From: Porphyridium purpureum
Taxonomy: Eukaryota
Assembly (NCBI GenBank): GCA_008690995.1
Contig: VRMN01000004.1
Location: 1,488,001 to 1,552,000 of the forward strand
Length of the DNA stretch: 64,000 bases
Direction of reading: 5' to 3'
Shown: one piece after another, positions 23,575 to 33,000 of the stretch
Position numbering within the stretch: the first letter of the stretch is position 1
Layout of the letters: every line of letters starts with the position of its first letter
Position numbers and translations under genes: made by a program
Notes under the pieces: generated by a model
Told to the model about the DNA's origin: nothing
Databases searched by the model: none
Seen by the model: the letters and a program-made list of their open reading frames with translations, nothing else

Positions 23575-25038
23575 ATGGATGAGGTGATGCAGAGCGCAGT
23601 AGAGCGTGACAGTGCGCGGCGCGCTGCAGGAGAGCGCGGATGCGTGCCGAGAAGACGCGATCGCGCGCAAGGATGGGTGGTTTCGAGCGCGTCGCGCGTC
23701 GTCGCATTTGTCCCGCTGACGGCGCCGAGCGCGATGCCGTGCGCTGCGCCGCCGAGTAGAGCGTGGAGAAGGCGCGCGCAGCGTTGCGCTCGCAGCTGTA
23801 GTGATAGTGGCTCTGGTATTTGGACAATGGCCGCGTGCGTGGCGTGCGATGTGAGAAGGCCGCGCGGAAGCTGTCGGAGTGGCCCCAATGCCGCTGGCAT
23901 GCGCGCATGTAGGAGACAAAGCAGCGGCGGCTTGCGGATGGGATTAAGTAGCAGTGCGGAGAACTGGGATATGCTCACCTTGCCAGTGCGGAATCTAGAT
24001 GAAGTGGCGCGCACCAAGGTGGTCGTGGCGGGCGGCGGCTCGTTTGGTACAGCTATGGCAAATCAGTTTGCGATGAACGGGTATCCTGTCACGCTGTTTG
24101 TGCGCAAGGCGCATGTCGCTGAAGAAATTAACACGCAGCACCGCAACATGACCTTTTTCCCAGACTTTGAGCTCCCGGAAAACATCACGGCCACTTGTGA
24201 TCCGGTGGAAGCGTTTGCCGACGCCAAACTTGTTGTGCACGCCATTCCCGTGCAAGTGACACGCGCGTTCCTTGTCGAACACCAGCAGCACTTCCCGAAG
24301 AACGTACCCATTCTGTGCACGAGCAAGGGGCTCGAGGTGCGCGAACTCAAGCTCATGTGCGACTTGATTCCAGAAATGGTCGGCCGCTCGCATCCGGTCG
24401 CCTACTTGTCTGGGCCATCTTTTGCGCGTGAAATGATGCAAAGTCTTCCCACAGCCGTGGTTGTCGCTTCCAAAGACCACCGCTTTGCGCAAAGGCTCGC
24501 AGCAATGCTCAGTTCGCCCTCGTTCCGTGTGTTCACCTCCAAGGATGTGGTTGGCCTCGAGGTGGCAGGCGCAACAAAGAACGTGGTAGCGATTGCGGCC
24601 GGCATTTGTGAGGGATTAGGCCTCGGCATGAACTCAATGGCCGCTCTGGTCACAAGAGGCTGCTCGGAAATGCGCCGCCTCGCTGTCGAAAAGGGAGGCT
24701 CGGCCGTCACTCTTGCCGGTCTGTCGGGCGTGGGCGACACGTTTCTGACCTGCTTTGGTCCTCTCTCTCGAAATCGCACCGTCGGTGTGCGGCTTGGCAA
24801 GGGTGAATCGCTCGAAGAAATCCTTGCCACGTCGCGCGAAGTTGCCGAAGGCGTCGAAACCGCGTCGGCACTTGTACGGTGGCTCGCGCGGGGTCGTCAA
24901 AACTCGAATATCTACGCAAGCAGAGCGTGTGTCAAGTACCCTATTCTGTTTGGCGTTGCTGCCATTCTGGAGGGAAGAATCACGCCCAATGAAGGCATGC
25001 AGCAGCTCCTGGCCATGCCACCTCGTGAAGAAGACTGA
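23575..25038 (+). CDS. gpsA: NAD(P)-dependent glycerol-3-phosphate dehydrogenase (GpsA type), probably plastid-targeted
   Basis: GGGSFGTAMA, TSKGLE, LSGPSFA, GATKNV, GLSGVGD, SRNRTVG, VAEG; long N-terminal extension (true start uncertain). Confidence 0.93.
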   Translation: MDEVMQSAVERDSARRAAGERGCVPRRRDRAQGWVVSSASRVVAFVPLTAPSAMPCAAPPSRAWRRRAQRCARSCSDSGSGIWTMAACVACDVRRPRGSCRSGPNAAGMRACRRQSSGGLRMGLSSSAENWDMLTLPVRNLDEVARTKVVVAGGGSFGTAMANQFAMNGYPVTLFVRKAHVAEEINTQHRNMTFFPDFELPENITATCDPVEAFADAKLVVHAIPVQVTRAFLVEHQQHFPKNVPILCTSKGLEVRELKLMCDLIPEMVGRSHPVAYLSGPSFAREMMQSLPTAVVVASKDHRFAQRLAAMLSSPSFRVFTSKDVVGLEVAGATKNVVAIAAGICEGLGLGMNSMAALVTRGCSEMRRLAVEKGGSAVTLAGLSGVGDTFLTCFGPLSRNRTVGVRLGKGESLEEILATSREVAEGVETASALVRWLARGRQNSNIYASRACVKYPILFGVAAILEGRITPNEGMQQLLAMPPREED

Positions 25039-25253
25039 TGCCTGCCTTGTGGGATTAGAAGAGAAGTAATTCCCGGAGGCTTCGACTTTTCTTGCCATTT
25101 CAAGACCCGCAGAGAAAAGCCAGCGAAGTACAAATTTTGTTACTTACCAACACGCGTCATTTCAATTTTTACGCGCGAAACATGAGAATGGAAAGGATTC
25201 GACATGTCAAAGATGCAGGCCGCCAATGTGTGTCTTTGTGGACGCTGAGCGGC

Positions 25254-26903
25254 TCACGCCAGCGCATTTTTCAGACAGTTCAGCAGCAAATCGAATGCTG
25301 AATGGTCCGTATCCTCGGCGACACGGATACGCAATAGAACAGAAGCAGAGCGTATCTTGTCGTCATCTACAAGCTTCCTCGGCAACCACATTTGGCGGCG
25401 TGATCTGGAGCGACACATCTCAACGGAAAGGTTGTGGTTTCTGACGGCATTCTGGAGATTCGAGATCGCGTCATCGCTCATGTTGTGAAGAGCCAAAGAA
25501 ACCACCGGAAGAAACGCATTAGCACTGTCGGGTTCTTGTAAGAGCTGGACACGATGCGTCCATATGCCGTCCCACTGCGAAGAGGCAGCGCTCAGCTTTT
25601 CTTTGAACTCTTGCGCTTTCTGCATGGCTCTCTTCTCTGAATGTGCCAAACGCGCGTGCCCTTCTGAATCGCGTATACTTGCCAGTGCCGCGCCGAGCGC
25701 AAAAATTCGGCTGGCAGCTGGTTCTGACCACGCTTCCAAGCTTTGTCGGCAGTCGGCGGCACACTCGTGCTGTGACAAAGACACGTGCTCAACTGCTTCG
25801 CCACCAAGCATGGGTGTCATGCCTCGCAATAGAGATAGATTTTGTACGTAAAGTACTTGGATGGGTTCCGGACACCCAAACCACTCCGAGTCGAGCATCA
25901 TAAAGTCCACTCCACTGCGTGCTAATTGCGCAAGCACGGCCGGACGCATGGCTAGTGTTCTCGCGTCAATACACACCTTTGTTTGGTGATATCGTCTACG
26001 CAATTCCGAGACTACAGACGCCAGTTCGTTCACAGAAAAAACAGCGTGGCCTGTGACATCACATGCCGGCACCATAGACACCAAAGCAGCATTTTCCAGA
26101 CAGCGGCGGTTTCCGTCGAGCCACTGGTCGGATATTGTGCGGCTTGAGCTGAGCGCTCCTTTGTATAATTCTTCTCGCTGCACTTCTCGCGTGCTCGCGC
26201 GGCGATCCTTCTTTCTCCGAGGAGCTTGCTCTGAGTCTGCAATGTTTGTGTCCTTTGTGAGCGTTGAAAGCCTCCCCACCTGAACACCTGGAAGCATGCG
26301 GTGACAAAGCTGAAGCACCTCCATTGTGTCCAGTTCCGATACTACAACTGTCGCTTCGGAAGCGAACTCCTTCTGCGAGATACCTCGAAAAGCGCCGTCT
26401 CTATCGAAGCTCGCGGCTTGTAACACCAGCTTCCACGCGTCACGATACGACCCAACAAACACGATGTTGCTCTCGAGCGCTTCATCGCCGAATAACACGT
26501 CGGCGACCATTCTGCGAGCCCATTCGACATTTGTGCGCGTCCGCGACGCCAGAATATGACCGCACATTCCGTAATGCATCGAACCATTATGCACCTCCAT
26601 CTGCTCCAGGTGCGCGCTTCTCGCGCGCTCGCGGCATCTTTGCGAGACGCATTTTTCGTCCAGCCGACGATTGGTCCCATCATGTTGCGCATTCTTCCGC
26701 GTCGACTCCGTACTGTGCGCCGACGTCGTATCCGACACCCCAGCGCTCACAATCACCCGCCGAGAACAACCACCTGTGGCGGCTGCACGTCGGGCGAACA
26801 TACCTGCATGTTTTCGCTTCACGCGTCCTCTCATCTCAGACTCCAGGTGCAGCGGGTTCACCACCCGGACGTGCACAGAAAGGAACAGTGCCGGCGCCTG
26901 CAT
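25254..26903 (-). CDS. SufS/cysteine-desulfurase-like class V PLP-fold protein, catalytic residues degenerate
   Basis: Collinear similarity to SufS: NIVFV, CIDA, VDFMML, MTPMLGGEAVEHVSL, LEAWSE, FALGAAL, RIRV. The SGHK motif reads DSEW. Confidence 0.7.
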   Translation of the reverse strand: MQAPALFLSVHVRVVNPLHLESEMRGRVKRKHAGMFARRAAATGGCSRRVIVSAGVSDTTSAHSTESTRKNAQHDGTNRRLDEKCVSQRCRERARSAHLEQMEVHNGSMHYGMCGHILASRTRTNVEWARRMVADVLFGDEALESNIVFVGSYRDAWKLVLQAASFDRDGAFRGISQKEFASEATVVVSELDTMEVLQLCHRMLPGVQVGRLSTLTKDTNIADSEQAPRRKKDRRASTREVQREELYKGALSSSRTISDQWLDGNRRCLENAALVSMVPACDVTGHAVFSVNELASVVSELRRRYHQTKVCIDARTLAMRPAVLAQLARSGVDFMMLDSEWFGCPEPIQVLYVQNLSLLRGMTPMLGGEAVEHVSLSQHECAADCRQSLEAWSEPAASRIFALGAALASIRDSEGHARLAHSEKRAMQKAQEFKEKLSAASSQWDGIWTHRVQLLQEPDSANAFLPVVSLALHNMSDDAISNLQNAVRNHNLSVEMCRSRSRRQMWLPRKLVDDDKIRSASVLLRIRVAEDTDHSAFDLLLNCLKNALA

Positions 26904-27052
26904 TTCCAATCACCATCTGCGCTTCGCTCTGACGTTCGGCAGACCGTATGCCAACGCGGGTCGCTCTTCAGCCTTTGTACGACTTACGTGCCCTTCCGTG
27001 TTCTTCGCACAGAACGAACCGCGCTTGTGTCACCGCAAACACGCCAAATAAT

Positions 27053-30000
27053 TTATTTCCTTTGCTTGCGCTTCTGTGCGATGAAATGCTTGATGTCGAG
27101 CGGCTGTGACGTGTGTTTCGATGGAGCAACGCCAGGAGGTGAGACTCCGGTGCGTTCTTCTTCTCTGCTAGCTGCTGCTTCTGCAGACTTATCCGCGGCA
27201 AACACATTGCGCAGAATCGCCATGTCGCGCTCCGCCAAGTCCACGCGGCTCTGCGTAATCCAATCCTGCGGCGATGGACCTGTTGCTTCGGTCTCATCAA
27301 GATTCAGAGCCGCTCGAGACGAGGACGAAGGTAGCGACGAACGCGGCACGTCCTGCTGAACTTTGCCGGCCGGAGCAGACGTCGCTTCCATGCTTTGTGG
27401 TGCATCGTCATCGGAAACACTTGGAAGCGACTGTTCCTTCTCCAATTCTGTCAAGTAGATGCGAGCGGCGCGCTGTAGCGCAGCTGCTGCGAGAAACAGC
27501 TGGGCCTTACGCTGCTCCGGCGCATGAGCTGTGTCCGTTCGAGAAACACGGCGCTCATTGGTCAACCCCCCACTCAACTGCTCCATTATCGCACCCAGTC
27601 CGGCGGGCGAGCGCGCGACGCCGCTGTCTCGCGGTGAGCCAAACGATTTCATGGAGCGCAACGTTGGAGAAAGTGTCGGTGGCGATTTCACGGAAGGCGA
27701 GCGCACAGACGGTGAGCGCCCTTGCGAGTGCAAACGACGGAATCCGCCACTGTCGCGCCTTTCGTCCTTATCGGTCGGATCATACCAAGTCGGCTCTGCC
27801 TTAGCCCGGCGAGGTGTAATCGCCTTCTCGAGTTTGGTCATGCTTGTGCCTGCCTGGCTCACTTCAAGTACGGCTAAATCTTCTCCGGCACCATATGCAC
27901 GGAACGCTAGCGCTTTGAGAAGGCCATGAAACTCCACTTTTCCGTCCGAGTCCGGCAGGTTGAGCGAATCGATGAAGGCAAACAGCTCGCGCGTCGACAC
28001 TTCCGCCCCGATGCCCAGCGGCGGCTCGAGCTCCATCAGAAATGGTTTCAAATCGCGCCTGACAAGTATTTTGCGCTCGGCGTTTGGGTCATACCTGCTC
28101 CACACCTCCGCGTACCGCTCCAAGTGCGTCTCATTGATCTTAAACTCGTCGCGCTTGATCACTGATGCAAAGGCCTCGATCATGATCGCAATGAAAATGT
28201 TGATGAGCACGTATGCGCCAAGGAAGATGAACGTGACGAAGTATAATACTGCGAGCTTATACCAGCCACCGAGCGACACAAGATCCCACATGATGCCGTT
28301 CCACGTGTCCGCGGTCGCGCACTGCAGCAACGTCAGCACTGCCCAGTAAAAAGTCGTGAAGTTGGCGTACGCATTAATGCCTCCACCTGTGGGGGGCGGA
28401 TTATCAAGCGGCTGCACCGTGCCGAAAAATTGGACCCCAATTACCGCGTAAATGTAGAACACGAGCGCCATCAGACTTCCAACATTCACTAGTGAAGGCA
28501 ACGATAGCATCAGCGTTTCAACAAGCAGACGCAGGTTCTTGAATCGCTTTGTGAGCCGCAGCACACGCAGCAAGCGGAAAACGCGAAACACACGCAGCAC
28601 CGTGGCATCGAACGGAGAATTGAAGTTGCTGATCGAAAGTGCGATCACATCAAGTACAAATGTTACCAGTGAGAGCAGCACAATCACAAAGTCAAACAGG
28701 TTCCATCGATCCCGAAAGTACTGCCTCACGCCGAGGCCCAATAGCTTGAGGATCATTTCGAGCACGAATAACCACGTAAAGACCGCGCCACTGATGAAAT
28801 AGAACCACTCCCACGCCGCATTGGCTCCATAAAATTCCATGCCTAGCGTGATTGAATTGAGCACGATTAGCGACATGACGGTAATTTCGAACCACGTCTG
28901 GGTAACCATCCGAAAGCATGCAATACGCAGGGGCGCCATGCATGATGTCGAGTTCGGTGCTAGTGGAATCGGATGTACACTCAGCTGGAACATCATGCGG
29001 CATGACTCAATCCACTCTCGTTGTTCGGGTGTCAGCAATGCCGTGCCGTCCTTCTTACTGCGAATCGAGACAAAGGCGTCCAGAATGACTGAAACAAGGA
29101 TGCTGATCAAGAAGAACGAGCCAACAAATATGAATGCCACAAAATAAATACATGCCGCAAACTGATTGTCCTCCACAGGCTGCATATTCTCTCCAGTAGC
29201 GTCCATCGCGGCGTACATGATGTCCAACCAGTTTGAGAGACTCGCGACCTCAAACAACGTCAACAACGCTATGCCGGTGTTGTCAAAATTGGATGGAAAG
29301 TTTGTCCAAGTGCCTCCCATCGCTAAACACTGCTCCGGCGCTGTGTTGCCCGTGATCGTGGACGGATCACATTCCGTCATACCACTGACCGGGCCCTGCC
29401 GAAACGCAATACCCATCGCAACTGCAGCGGTCACATCGCTGCAGATGTCCGGATTCATCGATTCGGGGCACTGGCAAGAATAAAACTTGCCCGCAAAGAG
29501 TTGAACGCCAAGAATAGCGAACACCAGCCAAATGACCAGCGCCACAAGAATGACATTAATACACGGAATGAACGAAAGCGCCAACGCTTGCACGACAAGC
29601 TTGAGGCCGTCGAATCGCCGAACAAGGCGAAGGATGCGCAAGACGCGTAGCGCACGCAGGGCTCGAAAGAAGGACAGGTCAGTCGTTGACAGCGCGAGAT
29701 CGAGAATCCCCGTGATGACGATGACGAAATCTAGAATGTTCCATGGATCTCGCAGATATGAAACTCTGGCCAGCACGAAGTTCATGGCGATGATCTTGAT
29801 TATCATTTCAAGGGTGAAAACACTCACAAACAAATAGTCCATGACCTTGAGCGCGCGCGCTGTGGTACCATCTGGGTCCAAGCCGGGAGAATATATCGCC
29901 AAGTTGATACACGACCAAATGATAATCACAATGATGAAGTACTCAAAGTAGACCGATTCCGCTACCGTCTGGCAAAACAGTCGGACGCGAGAGGTGGGTG

Positions 30001-33000
30001 CAAAAAGCCACAGCGAGTAGCCAGCACGCCGGCTAAGACATGATCTCGGCCCAAAGAACGCGCAGCGGCCCAATCCTTGATTATCGATGCTACTGCCTAC
30101 CAAGAGTTCATCCTGAAAAATCTCTTCATGATCTTCAGAGTAGGAGTCCGCGGGAACGAATTCGGTAGACGTCCGGATTCCTTTGCTCTCAGCATCTTTC
30201 AACCGGGAAGACAACCGGTTTTCATCACCATTCTCACGCCATCTGCTGCCAACCGTACCATCCATTTCGTCGATCTCACCTCCGATTGAAAGCAAAACAG
30301 GTGGTTTTCGAGGGCGGGCATTCTTGTCCTCACCAACATGGCCGGAAGCTTCTCGAACGTGGTCAAACTTGTTTTCAACTTCTTGGCCTGAGGCGTGAGA
30401 TGTCCGTGAATCACGATCGGACACACACAGGCTGCCAAATTTAGACGCAGGATGATGCTCGTTTGGAGGCTCTTGAAGGCCCCGCTGAGGCAGCTGTTTT
30501 TCCTCTTCTTCAACCTTCTTTCCTTGCCCGTCATTCGCGCTGTCATCGACCATCAAGTTTGCATTCAATGCATTGCCAAACGACGACGATTCCATTGGTG
30601 CACGGCTGCTTGCTCCGCCCCGAACTGCTACCGGACCACCGATGCGGTGATCAAGATCACTATCACTATGTCCATCAAAGTCAGACATTTCATTTTCGGA
30701 AGAGTCGGATCGCAGCACTTGCTCTGCCGGACTACACGTCCAGCACATGGCGCAGCGGTTCCATTCCACGAGCACTGCCCGCTTCAGGGTGGTAAAAAAG
30801 CGATGCGACATTGTCGATACTCTCTTGGACAACATCCGAGAGGCCGATGCCCCATCTGTGCCACGCTGCCCCTTCATCGTTTCCACGGGCGTGCTCGCAT
30901 CAACATTGAAGTCAAACAGCACGATTGTCAGAAAAATATTGAGCATAACATAAGTCAGGACGACAAACATGAATACAAAGAACAGCGCTGCCCACGGTGA
31001 CGTGTACTGCATGGCGTTCCACATGGCTTCGTTCCAGTTTTCCCCAGTAAGCACTTGAAAAACGACAAGGAAGGCATTGCCAAAGTTGGACCAGTTGGCT
31101 CTTGGACAACCTTCATCCTCCGTGCTGCTGGGAGTGCAGACTGTGCCCGCGTCGGACAGAAATTGTGAGCCGAAAAACTGCATCCCCATGATGACAAAAA
31201 TAAAGATGAAGAGCAGAAGCACAGGCGAAAATCTGAGAATCGAAGCAAAGCTTGCGCCCATTAAGCGGATCAGTACACTCATTTGCTCGAATGCGCGAAC
31301 AAGTTTGAAAATGCGTAGCAACCGAAGCGCCCGGAATACGGTGAGCCCTTGAAAGTCTGCAGGCACGACGAACTCCACGATTGCAACCACAATGATTACA
31401 AAGTCAAGAAGATTGGCTGGGTCGATAAAGTACCTCACCGGCCCAAAAGCGTAGATTTTGATACACCCTTCGACCACAAACACCACAGTGAAGGCAAGAT
31501 TACACGCACCGAAGGCATCCATCAAGCTTTGCGGCATGAATGCGTACTGAGCCGCCAGGATCGCCGTGTTAGCAACTACTACGAGCATGATGAGCGCCTC
31601 AAACCACGTGGTTTCGACGATGTAGAAAAGCAGCCAATTGCGCGATGCATTCAGAACACTGAAGGCTTTAACGAAGCGACGATATGCATCCACCACCTTA
31701 GTCCACATTAGGCTCAGCTTCATGCGATCCTCATGCAATGAGCCGGTCTCGTCGCTTTGTCCCCGCCGGGGAAATGGACGTCGCAGCACACTGTTCGAAA
31801 CGAGCACGGAGCGGTGCAGAGATATTAAGCCAGTCCTCATGCTTTGCAAAACAGAATTCTGATCTTCCTCATTGGCTGCCGAAGTATATGTCTCCGTCAG
31901 TACCGCAATCGCCAAGTTCGTCACCAGAAACGCGCCAACAAACACAAGCACGACAAAATACAGTGCAGCCCAAGTGGTTGTCGCGTCCATAAATAAGTAC
32001 ATCACCTCTGCCCAACCGGCCAGCGTGATACACTGAAAGTCAGTCAACAGACCGTACAGAATGTTGTCAAAGTTAGTGTACCCAAAATTCGGGTTAGGAA
32101 ATGTCATGGCGCCATTCGCAGTCATCGTGGCGCACATCAGTGTTTCGCACGTGAACACGTCAATTGGGCACTCCGCATGCCCGCAGATGATACCGTCGGG
32201 ATTCTCAAAATCCACGTACAGCGAGGTCCCGTCCGTGCAGTGTTTGCGGAGAACGCCTTCAAAGAGCATAAGTCCGAGCACCGCAAATAGATACAAAACG
32301 AAAAATGCCTGCAGCAGAACGTCCAAAAGAAGTGGGATAGCTGAGATGAGTCCCTGGACTGTATACCGAAGCGTGGGGATGATCTTGATCGTCCTCAGTG
32401 GTCGAAGCGCACGCAGCGCACGGAATGCGTTGAGCTGGGCGTCTTGCTCGAACAAACCTGGATATGCCATCACCACGACAACAAAATCAATCCAGTTCCA
32501 AGGATCTCTCAAGTACGCACGTCCGTACATCTTCCAACACGCGCGTGACCTTGGATTTAAAATAAAGCCGTATGCGATCACCTTGATGACTACTTCAAGT
32601 GTGAACAGACCTGTGAAATAATAGTCGGCCTTCCGCAGCCAATCCTGGGCCTTGTATACACCCGTCGGGTCCTCCAGCGCAAGGAAAACACAGTTGACCA
32701 GGATATTCAAAAAGATGAACGGCTCAAAAGCCCAATGCCGCGTTACCTTCATCAAAAATTTGCGCAGGCGGTTGTGCGGTGCAAAAATGAACAAGGATGA
32801 TTCCCACGTGAACCAATTCCGCATTTCCAACGCCTCGCTGTCGTCACCATGGCCTCCTGGATCAAAGTCCTCCTGCGCCACAAACTCAACATCTAATGTA
32901 GACACGGACGTAGAGGACGACATTTCTCGACCACCAGGCTGACTGGGTAATCTACCCGGACTCGGACCGCCGGAATCCTGGAGGGTGCGCCTTCCCTTTT

